The position numbers and the translations under genes are program-made. A stretch of 34,700 bases of DNA. Source: a virus. Its lineage: Duplodnaviria > Caudoviricetes. The notes below the pieces were generated by a model that saw nothing but the letters and a program-made list of their open reading frames with translations, did not search any database and had not been told where the DNA came from. This document shows, in pieces, positions 24,757 to 34,700 of this stretch (position 1 is its first letter; each line of letters starts with the position of its first letter). The stretch covers positions 1 through 34,700 of IMG/VR virus record IMGVR_UViG_3300046788_000074; one strand, given 5' to 3'.

Positions 24757-25487
24757 GTGTCACTATGCGACGGCGAGATGTCCCTCTCGCGCGCCTTGGC
24801 GTTTCTCCACATTCAGCCACCGGCTATCCCTGGGTCGATGGCGATATCCTCTATGCCGCCGATCTGAACTCGGCGTTCCTGCCAGTGAATGGCGGCACTG
24901 TCGCGGGGACCCTGACTGTCGATGGGCTGGGCATCAACGTCGCCGGCACCAACGGCATTACATATACCGGCGCTGTGCCAGGCACCGAAGCCCAGTGGAT
25001 GGCGTTCGGTTGGAACGGCTATAATGTCACGAGTTATGTCAACGGCACGGCAGTCGGTGGTCTTGCCAAGATCAGCGACCTCGGCAGCTATTTGCCTTTA
25101 TCTGGCGGTGCGATCAGTGGGCCATTGTCGGCCAACACCAATACCGGCGGATGGAGCGCGAACAACTGGGGCAAGCAATTGCTGGTGACGGTCTCTGGGC
25201 CAGCGACCAGCCCTGCCATCGGGATCACCGACATCAACGGCACTAATCTATGGGCGATTGCCAACGTCAACGGCGAGCTCAATATCGCTGCGATGCCGGC
25301 ATATAACAATAACAGCGCGGGGCCGACGCAGCGGATCAGGCTAACTGCCACCGGCATGGGCTTCAATGCGGCAACGCCAGTCGCCAGGCCAACAGTGACC
25401 GGGGCGAAGGGATCGAATGCGGCGCTGGCGTCGCTAATGACCGCGCTGGCTGCGTATGGGTTGGTCACAGACAGCACCAGCGCATGA
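24753..25487 (+). CDS. Tail fibre/spike-like protein 1
   Basis: GYPW.DGDILYAADLN, LPV.GGT repeats, C-terminal ALASLMTALAAYGL. Confidence 0.7.
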   Translation: MSVTMRRRDVPLARLGVSPHSATGYPWVDGDILYAADLNSAFLPVNGGTVAGTLTVDGLGINVAGTNGITYTGAVPGTEAQWMAFGWNGYNVTSYVNGTAVGGLAKISDLGSYLPLSGGAISGPLSANTNTGGWSANNWGKQLLVTVSGPATSPAIGITDINGTNLWAIANVNGELNIAAMPAYNNNSAGPTQRIRLTATGMGFNAATPVARPTVTGAKGSNAALASLMTALAAYGLVTDSTSA

Positions 25488-25517
25488 TCTCCAGCAACCT
25501 TTGCAGGTATGTGTGAC

Positions 25518-26789
25518 ATGACAGGATATCCCTGGACCACCGGCGATGTGCTGCTGGCGGCCGACCTGAACGCGGCGATCGCAAACTCGGCGGCTTATGG
25601 CCCGTTCCTGCCGGTGAGCGGCGGCACGGTGGACCCTGGGCCGACCACATTCACCCGCACCGCTTCCCCCGCCGGCCATGTCACCATAACGCCTGTTGGC
25701 ATGTATGATACGCTGCCGGGCAGCACATCGCTGGCCCAGTTGGATTCTCTGGTGAACCTCGGGCAAGGCCGCGGCGGCACTTACTTCAATCCGTTCTTTA
25801 CAGGCCGGTTTGTCTCGTCCGTCTATGGCTCGCTGGATATGAGCGCGGTCGGGCTGCTTGGACAGATCGACTTTGCCGGTCTTGGTGGCGTCGGACAACA
25901 CTGCGCCGTTCAGGCTTATGCGAACCGCTATAAGACGATCGCACAACCGACAACGACGGTTGCGGCGACGCTCGGAGCGCCAGCTATTACGATCCAGGTC
26001 GCTAACGTCAGCAACTTTCAGTATGACAGCCAGCCGGTCCTGATCAATGGCAATCCCTATTTACAGATTGCGCACAGCGGCACGTCAGGCGCGGGCACGA
26101 TCTCAGTCGAACGCAATGTCTCGGTGGCTGATGGCACGGCGGGCTGTGTCGTCACAGGGCAGAACAACCCATCACTGTGGGGCTTTAATATCAACGTCAA
26201 TGACAACGCTGGCGGCGATAACATCAACAGCAGCAGACTTAGCAACTACACAATCGGCTGCGAGTTGGACTTTTCCTGTAGCGGGCTGGATAACGCCGGG
26301 CCGCTGTTGTTCGGAACCCCGGCGGGCATCCGTAACATGATTGGCATGGTTGGCTTCGGTGGCACACCAGCCAATCCAGCCGAAATTGGAGACGGCGTTT
26401 CGATTGGCGAGGGGGCAGGTTCCACGATCAGTTGGAAGCGCGGCTTCCGGATGGCTGGTAGGTTCAGCCAGGCGGTGTTCGATACGCGACAGGCAGTGGC
26501 GCAGGGCGGCAGCGCCCATGCGGTGTGGCTCGCGGACGGACACACCATTGCGCTCGATACTGCCGGAACGACGACACTAGGGGCAAGCGGCGGCCGGGTT
26601 GCATTCGGCGGAACCGGCACGGGCTTTAACGGCACCGCGCCTGTCGCCAGGCCCACCGGATGGGGGGCGCCCACTGGCACGGCGACACGCACGACGTTTG
26701 CCACATCCACCGTGCTGCTTCCCGCATTGGCCGAACACGTCAAGGCGCTGATCGATGACCTGACTGCATACGGACTGATCGGATCATAA
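25518..26789 (+). CDS. Tail fibre/spike-like protein 2 (paralogous ends to protein 1; alternative start 25509)
   Basis: GYPWTTGDVLLAADLN...GFNGTAPVARPT...ALIDDLTAYGL. Confidence 0.7.
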   Translation: MTGYPWTTGDVLLAADLNAAIANSAAYGPFLPVSGGTVDPGPTTFTRTASPAGHVTITPVGMYDTLPGSTSLAQLDSLVNLGQGRGGTYFNPFFTGRFVSSVYGSLDMSAVGLLGQIDFAGLGGVGQHCAVQAYANRYKTIAQPTTTVAATLGAPAITIQVANVSNFQYDSQPVLINGNPYLQIAHSGTSGAGTISVERNVSVADGTAGCVVTGQNNPSLWGFNINVNDNAGGDNINSSRLSNYTIGCELDFSCSGLDNAGPLLFGTPAGIRNMIGMVGFGGTPANPAEIGDGVSIGEGAGSTISWKRGFRMAGRFSQAVFDTRQAVAQGGSAHAVWLADGHTIALDTAGTTTLGASGGRVAFGGTGTGFNGTAPVARPTGWGAPTGTATRTTFATSTVLLPALAEHVKALIDDLTAYGLIGS

Positions 26790-26791
26790 CC

Positions 26792-27025
26792 ATGAGCGCA
26801 ACCATCCAACACAGCCTGCCAATTGCCGTCACCCTCACCGCCGAGCAGTGGGAGATGGTGGCGCGCGTGTTGAGCAACGGGCCATACAACGTGGTGGCGC
26901 CGCTCATCAGCAGCATCCAGCAGCAGTGCATGCGCCACGCCGAGCCGCTCCCCGAGCACATGCCAATGCGCGTGCCGGGCGGCATGGCGCGGCCCAACGG
27001 TATCGATGAGGACGCGCGCGAGTGA
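26792..27025 (+). CDS. Small hypothetical protein (possible fibre chaperone)
   Basis: LT.EQW.MV..VL...PY.VVAPLI..IQQQ; follows the fibre genes. Confidence 0.6.
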   Translation: MSATIQHSLPIAVTLTAEQWEMVARVLSNGPYNVVAPLISSIQQQCMRHAEPLPEHMPMRVPGGMARPNGIDEDARE

Positions 27026-28497
27026 AGGTGGACTTCAGCCATGGCGCTTACACCGCCCGCAGTGTGACGGCCGACGCCCAGCGGCAGATCAACCTCTATG
27101 CTGAGCCGGGCTCGACCGACAGCCCGCACAAGGTCTCGCTATATCCCACCCCCGGCCTGCAGCTTGTAGCCGACTATACCGGCACCATCACCGGCCGCTG
27201 CCGCGGGCTGCACTGGGCATCGGGCAACTTACAACTCTATGCCGTGTTCGGGATGACCTTCGTCCGCATCAACACCGACTGGACGTACGCCCTGATTGGC
27301 ACGCTGACCGGCAGCGTGGATGACGGGTACCCGGTGTCCATGGCCGACAATGGTACGACCATCTTCATCGTTGACGGCAGGATCGATACCGGCTGGACAT
27401 ACAACATCTTTACCGGGACGTTCGCGGCGGTTGCCGACCCGGCGTTCTCAGGCAGCACCCGCGTCGATTACATTGACACGTATTTTATCTTCCACAACAT
27501 CAACACGCAGCAGTTCTACATTTCCAACAGCCTCGACGTCACGTTCAATCCCCTCTGGTTCGCTGGCAAAGTCGGCTACAGCGACCTGCTGGTGAGCATT
27601 GCCGCGCTGCATGACGCGATCTGGCTGTTCGGCGAGACCACCACGGAATTATGGTTCAACAGCGGCGCGCCGGACTTTCCATTCCAGCGCATGTCGGGGG
27701 CCATCCTCCCGTTCGGTTGTGCCTCGACCTATTCGGTAGTGGTGGCGGGGAATGGCGTTTATTGGATGTCGCAGGATCGCCACGGGCGCCTGATGTTCAT
27801 GCGCGGCGAGGGGTACAAGGCCGTGCGTGTCAGCAACTTCGCCGTCGAGCAGGCGTGGTCGCAATATAACCTCAACGCCGGCGCGATCATCTCCATGGTC
27901 TACCAGGTTGATGGTCACGAGTTCATCGTGATCCAGTTCACTAATATCGGCGTCACCTGGGTGCTCGATGCCACCACTGAGTTCTGGCATCAGCGCCAGA
28001 CCGGCGGCGGCGCGTGGCTACCGGGGGCGTTGGCTTTCTGGAAAGCGGGAGGCTTCGGCGGCACGTCGCTCACCAACTCGGTGGTGGCCGGCGATAGCAG
28101 CGTGGCGAAGCTGTACACCCTGGAGCGCACTCAATACACCGACAACGGGGTGCCGATCACGCGGCTGCGTTCGTGGCCCCATGTGCTCCCTGGTAGCTAT
28201 TCGCAGTTGGGAGTAAAAACGGAATCCGGCCAGCAGCGCGTCAGCCACCACCAATTCGTCGCGGCCATGCCGGGCACCAGCCTCTCGCCTGATCAGGTCT
28301 CGCTGCGCTGGAGCGACGATGGCGGCCAGACGTTCGGGACGCCCGTCACGCAGACCACCAACAACGCCAGCAACGGACAGTATTCGTGGCGGCGGCTTGG
28401 GATGGCACGTGACCGGGTGTATGAGTTGAGTTGGACGGCGACCGGAGAGACGGCGCTCAACGGCGCGTGGGTTGAACTGGAGCCGGCCGGAACATGA
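27022..28497 (+). CDS. Packaged DNA stabilization / tail hub protein (P22 gp10-like)
   Basis: INLY.E, LYPTPGL, VSMADNG, FGETTTELW, YQVDGHEF, LRWSDDGG.TF, WRRLGMARDRVYE. Confidence 0.9.
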   Translation: MKVDFSHGAYTARSVTADAQRQINLYAEPGSTDSPHKVSLYPTPGLQLVADYTGTITGRCRGLHWASGNLQLYAVFGMTFVRINTDWTYALIGTLTGSVDDGYPVSMADNGTTIFIVDGRIDTGWTYNIFTGTFAAVADPAFSGSTRVDYIDTYFIFHNINTQQFYISNSLDVTFNPLWFAGKVGYSDLLVSIAALHDAIWLFGETTTELWFNSGAPDFPFQRMSGAILPFGCASTYSVVVAGNGVYWMSQDRHGRLMFMRGEGYKAVRVSNFAVEQAWSQYNLNAGAIISMVYQVDGHEFIVIQFTNIGVTWVLDATTEFWHQRQTGGGAWLPGALAFWKAGGFGGTSLTNSVVAGDSSVAKLYTLERTQYTDNGVPITRLRSWPHVLPGSYSQLGVKTESGQQRVSHHQFVAAMPGTSLSPDQVSLRWSDDGGQTFGTPVTQTTNNASNGQYSWRRLGMARDRVYELSWTATGETALNGAWVELEPAGT

Positions 28498-28913
28498 GCG
28501 GCAGCATCCCGACAGCCCCTTCAGACATCGGCATGATCTCACCAGGGGCGCCATTCGTGGCCCCTGACAGCACACCAACGCCGCTCAGCTTCCGCTTTCT
28601 GTTTGAGCTATGGAGGCGCGTGGGAGTGATCGAGGCGCAGCTGCCTGGGGCTGGCGCCACCACGTACACTGGCACTTCGACCACCGATGGCAGCGGCGTG
28701 TTCACCGCATCATGGCCGGCGTTCTCCAGCGTCTTCAGGAGCCTGACGATCTCGACCACCGACCCGGTATATCCTGGCGGCACTTTCGCGCCGACGACCA
28801 TCACGCTGGGCAGCTACACCGGCACGCTGAGCACCACGGACAACCTGTATCCAACCCCGACCAGCGCCGTGCGGCCTGGCGTGACGTTCGGCTGGATCGT
28901 CAGCGGGTATTGA
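28494..28913 (+). CDS. Putative tail structural protein (gp26 position)
   Basis: Follows the gp10-like gene; PFV.PD...RFLFELWRRVG N-terminus; Thr-rich. Confidence 0.55.
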   Translation: MSGSIPTAPSDIGMISPGAPFVAPDSTPTPLSFRFLFELWRRVGVIEAQLPGAGATTYTGTSTTDGSGVFTASWPAFSSVFRSLTISTTDPVYPGGTFAPTTITLGSYTGTLSTTDNLYPTPTSAVRPGVTFGWIVSGY

Positions 28914-29482
28914 TGCGGAACTTTCAACAGGTAGCGGTGAATGTCGATGTGGTGCCGTTGACGCTGGCGTTGCAGGCTCAGCCGAAACTTTGGAACACGC
29001 ATCGTTTCAGGACCACATACACCGGCACACCGCATAGCGACGTTGACGATATCCTGCTGCGGTATTCGGCGGCCGACAAGACCACAGATCCCGACGATGT
29101 GCGCGGTGTCCTAGAGGATGTGGAGCCGGTGTTCTATCCGGCCTGGCACGTATTGCCGCAGGTGCGGCCGATCGTGTTCGATTTGATGCGGCGGTTCGAG
29201 GCGTTCCAGCTGGGCCGCGTCATCATCACCAGGCTAATCCCAGGGGGCCGCATTGCTCCACACGCCGACATAGATGGGAACTACGTCGTGCGGGATGACG
29301 GGATGCGGTTCCACGTCGTGCTGCAGGGGCTGCCTGGCAGCCTCTATCACTGCGGCGATGAGGTCGTCCAGATGCTGACTGGCAGTGTTTGGTGGTTCCA
29401 GCATCGGGAGGTCCACAGCGTCGAGAACAATTCGGCCGACGATCGCGTGCATCTTCTGGTCGATATGAGGGTGCCGACGTGA
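28913..29482 (+). CDS. Aspartyl/asparaginyl beta-hydroxylase family 2OG-Fe(II) oxygenase
   Basis: IAPHAD (HxD), RFHVVL, WWF...VHSVENNS.DDRVHLLVD. Confidence 0.88.
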   Translation: MRNFQQVAVNVDVVPLTLALQAQPKLWNTHRFRTTYTGTPHSDVDDILLRYSAADKTTDPDDVRGVLEDVEPVFYPAWHVLPQVRPIVFDLMRRFEAFQLGRVIITRLIPGGRIAPHADIDGNYVVRDDGMRFHVVLQGLPGSLYHCGDEVVQMLTGSVWWFQHREVHSVENNSADDRVHLLVDMRVPT

Positions 29483-29943
29483 TCCATCTTAGCGCGCAGG
29501 TCGAGCCGTTCTCCGCTGTGCTTCCCGAGATGTTGCCGATGCTGCCACAGCATTGGGATGAGTTGGCACTGGACAAGGAGAGCGTGCCGCTAGACCCGCG
29601 CTGGGACGTTTACGCCCGCATGGAGCGCGACGGCGAGTTGCTCCTCGTGACCCTGCGTGAGCGCGGGCGGCTGGTAGGCTACTCGTGGACCTTCGTCATG
29701 CCGCATTTGCACTATGGCTCCACGCTGAGCGCGGCAATGGACATCTTCTGGATTGCGCCGGAATACCGTGGGCGCATGGGCGGCAAGCGGTTGTTCAAGG
29801 CTGTGGAGGCTGAGCTGCGGAGGCGCGGCGTCAAGCGCTGGATGGTCGGCAGCAAGCTGCATCGCGATAGTAGCCGGCTGTTTCTGGCGTTGGGTTTCAA
29901 GCCGGCTGAGTTGTGGCTTAGCAAGCTGCTGGGGGGAAACTGA
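29479..29943 (+). CDS. GNAT family acetyltransferase
   Basis: LVGY, DIFWIAPEYRGRMGGKRLFKAVE.ELRRRGV, LF.ALGF. Confidence 0.88.
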   Translation: MIHLSAQVEPFSAVLPEMLPMLPQHWDELALDKESVPLDPRWDVYARMERDGELLLVTLRERGRLVGYSWTFVMPHLHYGSTLSAAMDIFWIAPEYRGRMGGKRLFKAVEAELRRRGVKRWMVGSKLHRDSSRLFLALGFKPAELWLSKLLGGN

Positions 29944-29944
29944 C

Positions 29945-30835
29945 ATGGTCGGCGCAGTGATCGGAGGAGCCCTGTCGGCGGCCGGCGGGATCGGCAGCTC
30001 GCTGCTTGGGGGCAAGAAGTCGTCGGGCGGCTCGGCGCAGTCGCAGTATCTCCAGGCGCTGGAGATGAACCAGAACATTGCCAACACGGCGCCCTTCATC
30101 GGCGCTGGGCAATACGCTGCGAATGCGCTCCAGGGCGGGTTGCAGAGCGGCCAGTTCGGCACGCCGATGGACCTGTCGGGTATGCCGACCGCCGGGCAGG
30201 TGCCGACAGCGCCTGGGCCGTTCGTCTGGAACCCGACGATGGAGGGCCTGGCAGCCACGCCGGGCTACCAGTTCACGCTGCAGCAAGCGCAGCAGGCACA
30301 GCAGAGTTCTGCGGCGGCGCGCGGTCTTGGGATGTCGGGGGCGGCGATGCGAGGGGCGGCTGATTATGCTGGCGGCCTGGCGAGCAAGACTTATGACCAG
30401 CAGCTGCAGAACGCCATCAGCATCTATGGCCAGGGGCTTACTCGCTTCGACAAGCAGTTGGCCGGCTATAACGCGGGGGCTGCCCAGTTCCAGAACCAGT
30501 TCAGCGACTACTGGGCGAACCAGAACAACAAATTCAGCAACTTCTATGACCTCGCCAGGCTGGGTGCCAACTCGGCGGCACAGCAGGGAACGACCGGGAC
30601 GACGGCCGCGCAGAACATCGGCAACGCGGCACAGATGGGTGCCAACCAACAGGCGGCCGGCATTCAAGGTGCTGGCAATGCGCTATCTACATTCGCCAAT
30701 AGTCCAGGGGTGCAGAGCGCGCTGACGAGCTTGTTCGGCAGCAACCAGACCGGGACCAATCTACCAGGAACACCGAGCTATGATCCAAACCTCACAGTTG
30801 GCGGCTATCGCGCGCCTGATAATTCGTGGCTATGA
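29945..30835 (+). CDS. DNA ejection/transfer protein (P22 gp7-like)
   Basis: Gly/Ala-rich N-terminus, TPGYQF.LQQ, SAAARG.GMSGA; Gln-rich. Confidence 0.8.
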   Translation: MVGAVIGGALSAAGGIGSSLLGGKKSSGGSAQSQYLQALEMNQNIANTAPFIGAGQYAANALQGGLQSGQFGTPMDLSGMPTAGQVPTAPGPFVWNPTMEGLAATPGYQFTLQQAQQAQQSSAAARGLGMSGAAMRGAADYAGGLASKTYDQQLQNAISIYGQGLTRFDKQLAGYNAGAAQFQNQFSDYWANQNNKFSNFYDLARLGANSAAQQGTTGTTAAQNIGNAAQMGANQQAAGIQGAGNALSTFANSPGVQSALTSLFGSNQTGTNLPGTPSYDPNLTVGGYRAPDNSWL

Positions 30836-33138
30836 GCGGTAATATCCTCGACGTTCTGTCGCATCCGGTTGCCGCCGACCCGGACTTCTATAGGAAGGGC
30901 CTCGACAACCTCAACGCGCTGCGTGATACGCAGGCTAAGCAGGCGATCGCGGACATCTACCAGCAGTCCATCGATCCGCAGACGGGCGTGCCGGACCCGG
31001 CAAAGTTTAACCTGCTGATCAGCCAGAACCCACGGGCTGCGTGGGCGGCAGGGCCTGCTATGCAGCAGCAGGGGCAGGCGCAGGCTGCACAGGGCCAGGG
31101 GCAGCAAGAGCAGGTCGCAGGACATCGCGCCCGTCTGTCGCAGATGTACGGCATAATGGCCCCCCTCGCTGCGAAGGGCGGCCCAATCAGCCTCAGTGAT
31201 ATCCAGAACGCCGCCAATCAAGCACATCTGTCGCCTACCGAGGCGGCGCAGATCGGACAAGACGTTAACGCCGAAGGCGGCGGCGATCCGAACCATGACT
31301 ACGCCGGCTGGCTTAAAGGCCGCATGACATCGAACCTGACGTCGCAGGAACAGATCGCCAGGACGACGCCAAATTACCAGTTCCACAATATCGGCGGCCG
31401 GCTTGTGCCGGTCGATATGAACGCCAACACCAATCCGAACCCCGGCAGCCTGATAACCACCCTCTCGCCGGGCGAGGCCACCCAGATCGTCGAAGTGACG
31501 ATGGACGATGGCAAGACGAAGCAGCAGATGCCGCTGTCGGATGCTATCACCAAGCTGTCGACCAATTCGGCGATGAAGATACTGGGGCCGACGACCGGCG
31601 GCGGCGGTGGAGGCAGCGGTGGGGCTGCCAACAATCCTCTCAACATTCGTTTTGCCGGCCAGGATGGCGCGACCAACGCAGGGGGCTTCGCAGCGTTCAA
31701 GACGCCGGAAGCCGGGCAGGCCGCAACTGACGCTCTGTTCAGCAAATATGCCGACAGCGGCATCAATACGCTGTCTGGGCTGATCTCGCGGTGGGCGCCC
31801 CCAAGCGAGAACGATACGCCCGGCTACATCGCGCGCGTCGCGAAGGCAACCGGGCTTGATCCGAATGCGCCGATCAACCTCAAAGACCCTGCGGTCGCCA
31901 GCAAGATCCAGCAGGCCATGGCGGTGGTGGAGGGCAATAAGAACGCCAGAGTGGTGCCGGCACCTGCGCCAGCCGCCTCCACGCCCCCGCCAGCGCCTCC
32001 CGCAGGGCCGCCGGGCGTCCAGATGGGCGGCGCGCCACCACCGCCTCCAGGGGGCACCGCAGGCCCCTATACGGGGGGCGGTATTGGTGCGGCGCTGGCA
32101 CCCGGAGGGACCGCTAATCCTGTCGTCGTCCGGGGAACACCTCTTCCGGCGGGGAGGCTGTCGGGCGATGTAGGAGCGATGGTGCAGGGTATGCAGCTCG
32201 CCCGCGCCAATCCGCTTCAGCAAGGCGCCGGCGCTATGGTTGCCGGCCCTGGGGCGCCGACCGGAAACAACGCGCTGGCGGGGCCGTCAGTTGAGCCTCC
32301 GCCGCAGCCGGGTTGGGGTAAAGCGGTGGGCACGTATGGCGATGGGCCGGCTCCTGCGGCAGCGCCTCCCGCAGCGCCGGTTGCTGCGCCGCCAGCAGCA
32401 GCGCAGCCGTCCGCGGCACCCATTGGCCGCTCAGTGATCGGAGTGCCGGAAGCCCAAAGGATTACCGCCGAGGCTGCAGCGAAGCGTGGTAATGATCTAG
32501 TCAACCAACTTACCGCCTCCAGTACAGTAAAGCCCATTCTTGCTGAGATGGAGGATGTGTTGACCAAGTCAGGCGGCACTGGCTTCGGCACCGCGCATAT
32601 TTCCGCGTTCAGGCAGGCACTTGAGCGGCTCGGCCTCACTCCCGCAGCAGTCGACGTTGCAACTCCCCAGGCGGCATTGGAGACCTTCAAGAAACTTTCG
32701 GCGCAGCTACAAGGCGCGCAGTTGGGCACCGTCGGCGGTGTGCCAACCGATGACCGTCAGTCGTTGATCGAGGCGTCGAACCCATCGGTGCTGAACAGCA
32801 CTGCCGGCAACAAGTCTATCATTCATGTTTTACAAGGCACTCAACAAGCTCTTGAGACTATGGGGCGTGCGTGGATGGCTAGTCCAGACTATCAGAACAA
32901 TCCGGGCAGTTTCGATAACTGGCGGACCAAGTTCACCGCCAAAGATCCAGCCACTGGCGGCCAATTCGATCCCCGCGCCTTCTGGCTCAGCAATATGCCG
33001 CCCGACGAGCAGCATGCTTATCTCTCGAACATGACCCCAAAAGGCCGGGCTGAATTTAAGAAGAACTGGGCTTTTGCCAGAAGCCGGGGGTGGGTTGATC
33101 CATTGCCGGGGCAGCCCGCAACGGCACCTGGGGGCTGA
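30832..33138 (+). CDS. Ejection protein with internal lysozyme-like domain
   Basis: NNPLNIR...FAAFKTPEAG...TL.GLISRWAPPSENDTPGY; Pro-rich linkers. Confidence 0.75.
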   Translation: MSGNILDVLSHPVAADPDFYRKGLDNLNALRDTQAKQAIADIYQQSIDPQTGVPDPAKFNLLISQNPRAAWAAGPAMQQQGQAQAAQGQGQQEQVAGHRARLSQMYGIMAPLAAKGGPISLSDIQNAANQAHLSPTEAAQIGQDVNAEGGGDPNHDYAGWLKGRMTSNLTSQEQIARTTPNYQFHNIGGRLVPVDMNANTNPNPGSLITTLSPGEATQIVEVTMDDGKTKQQMPLSDAITKLSTNSAMKILGPTTGGGGGGSGGAANNPLNIRFAGQDGATNAGGFAAFKTPEAGQAATDALFSKYADSGINTLSGLISRWAPPSENDTPGYIARVAKATGLDPNAPINLKDPAVASKIQQAMAVVEGNKNARVVPAPAPAASTPPPAPPAGPPGVQMGGAPPPPPGGTAGPYTGGGIGAALAPGGTANPVVVRGTPLPAGRLSGDVGAMVQGMQLARANPLQQGAGAMVAGPGAPTGNNALAGPSVEPPPQPGWGKAVGTYGDGPAPAAAPPAAPVAAPPAAAQPSAAPIGRSVIGVPEAQRITAEAAAKRGNDLVNQLTASSTVKPILAEMEDVLTKSGGTGFGTAHISAFRQALERLGLTPAAVDVATPQAALETFKKLSAQLQGAQLGTVGGVPTDDRQSLIEASNPSVLNSTAGNKSIIHVLQGTQQALETMGRAWMASPDYQNNPGSFDNWRTKFTAKDPATGGQFDPRAFWLSNMPPDEQHAYLSNMTPKGRAEFKKNWAFARSRGWVDPLPGQPATAPGG

Positions 33139-33139
33139 C

Positions 33140-34700
33140 GTGGCCGACGAAATTGACACCTTCCTCAATGCGCCTGCGCCGCCGGCGGTTGCCCAGGTTC
33201 CAGCTACTGCGACCCAGGCGCCTGACGAGATCGACCACTTCCTCGCAGCAGGGCCGCCTCCTTCTGCTGTCGTCCCTCCCGGACAACCACCGCCGCCCGC
33301 TCCAGGTAGTTGGACCAGCTATGTGCCGTCTGCGGTGCGGGACTTCGGTGCCGGCCTGGTACAGGGTGGCCGTAACGTCGCTCAGACGGTGGGGGGCTTT
33401 ATTGATGACGCTGGCAACTGGGTCGATGCGCGGGTGCCGTGGCTCGCGGCAATCGACAGGGCAACGGGTGTCGATTTCACTCGACCGGTCAATCAACTTC
33501 AGATGCAGACTGAGAATTTCCGCAAGCAATATGGGAGCAGCATCCCAGCGGGCATTGGCGAGGTAGTTGGCGACATTGGCGCTACGGTGCCGCTTACGGG
33601 CGCCTTCGGAAGTGCCTTGGGGGCAGGCGCGCGTGCGCTGCCAATCATCGGACGGGTGGCTGGGCCTGCCGTAGAGGGCGCTGTAGCGGGCGGCGCTGGC
33701 AACGCCTTGATCTCCGGGGGTACCGGCGAAGATCCCGGACGCGCTTTGGCTACGGGCGCTGCCGGCGGCGCGTTGCTTGGCGGGGTTCCGGCACTTGTAG
33801 GCGCCGGGGTAAGGGCACTCGGCGGCGGCGTGCCGTCCGCAATTTCAGGCATTGCGGACCGGCTTGGTATCAACCTCTCAACCGGGCAACGGACAGGCGG
33901 CGTTGCCAAGCGCATCGAAGATGTCGGCGCCGGTATTCCTGGCTCCGGCGCGGATCAGTTTGCGCGGACGCAGAACAGCCAGATTGCCGGCGTGATTGCC
34001 AGAGAAGGCGGCATCCCAGGCCCGGTGGTCAAACTCACACCGGCAAGCGTTAGCGATGGATTGACGGCTGCTGGCAACCGCATGGAAACGGCAGCTAGCA
34101 AGATCGACGTGCCAGGAGATAACACCACCCTGGGAGCCCTTGGCACCATTCATACGAATGCCAGCATTAGCGGCACCGATGCGCCGCAGGCCAAGACGGT
34201 AGCCACTCTCAACGACCGCATTCTCAACATCATGGCTAACAACAACGGCACGATGCCGGGGCCAGACTTTCAAAAGTTCATCGCGAAAGGCGGGGAACTG
34301 GAAGCGGCTATAAATTCGAGCAACCCGGATGTTGCCAACGCAGCCCAGCAGGTTAAGGACGCATTACTCGATGCTGCCAATCGTAGCGGTGCGGCCAGCG
34401 CGGACGCCGTGAAAGACCTCCAGACGGCGCGATACAATTACAAGGTTCTGAAGACAGCGCAGCCGGTCATCAACAACTCGGCGGATGGCAGCGACACGAT
34501 GAGCCAAGCGGCGCTGGCAGCGCGCATCCGCGGTGGCACCCAGAACCCCAACTTCGATATGAGCCGGTCTGGTCCTGGCAACAACATGCAGGATCTGGCG
34601 AGGCTCATCGAGGGTATTAAACCATTACGAAGCTCTGGCACTGCTGAGCGAGCGGCCTGGTATGGAGCGCTCGGGATCGGGGGCACCGGTGGGGCAGCCT
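33140..34700 (+). CDS. Third ejection protein, truncated by the window end
   Basis: GTG at 33140 reads MADEIDTFLNAPAPP; the same frame gives SSGTAER near the end. No stop seen in the stretches translated; absent from the ORF track, consistent with no stop in the window. Confidence 0.75.
   Translation, partial: MADEIDTFLNAPAPPAVAQVPATATQAPDEIDHFLAAGPPPSAVVPPGQPPPPAPGSWTSYVPSAVRDFGAGLVQGGRNVAQTVGGFIDDAGNWVDARVPWLAAIDRATGVDFTRPVNQLQMQTENFRKQYGSSIPAGIGEVVGDIGATVPLTGAFGSALGAGARALPIIGRVAGPAVEGAVAGGAGNALISGGTGEDPGRALATGAAGGALLGGVPALVGAGVRALGGGVPSAISGIADRLGINLSTGQRTGGVAKRIEDVGAGIPGSGADQFARTQNSQIAGVIAREGGIPGPVVKLTPASVSDGLTAAGNRMETAASKIDVPGDNTTLGALGTIHTNASISGTDAPQAKTVATLNDRILNIMANNNGTMPGPDFQKFIAKGGELEAAINSSNPDVANAAQQVKDALLDAANRSGAASADAVKDLQTARYNYKVLKTAQPVINNSADGSDTMSQAALAARIRGGTQNPNFDMSRSGPGNNMQDLARLIEGIKPLRSSGTAERAAWYGALGIGGTGGAA

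Noticed and set aside
24753-26789. Diversity-generating retroelement TR/VR pair
   Set aside because: Similarity is protein-level paralogy, with no adenine-specific near-identical repeat and no reverse transcriptase in the window.

Overview
A GC-rich segment of a temperate P22-like (podovirus-type) phage or prophage. The host is probably an alphaproteobacterium (inference). Gene order: start of a cI-like repressor, divergent cro, early and replication genes (T5orf172/MUG113, VRR-NUC, replication initiator with 12-bp iterons), a NusG/RfaH-type antiterminator, terS and terL, an ~8.4 kb accessory and lysis block, then portal, scaffold, coat, head and tail genes, a 2OG-Fe(II) hydroxylase, a GNAT and three ejection proteins. 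The most unusual locus is an N4/N6 DNA methyltransferase at 9135-11381. (i) It carries a complete HNH endonuclease gene on the antisense strand, inside a ~195-codon in-frame insertion with no intein or intron hallmarks. (ii) It is broken immediately after its catalytic SPPY-Y motif by an extra 9 nt (TGA AGG AAC, a stop plus an SD-like sequence), and the promoter of the adjacent upstream HNH gene contains a copy of that same SPPYY-coding sequence. Other notable items: a tandem H-type pseudoknot repeat with a compensatory base pair upstream of the coat gene, three small genes flanked by direct repeats that duplicate a gene junction, a 19-bp hairpin burying the RBS of a third HNH gene, and a Tae2/BPSL0067-type amidase in the endolysin position. 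All family calls come from motif recognition by eye; no searches were run.
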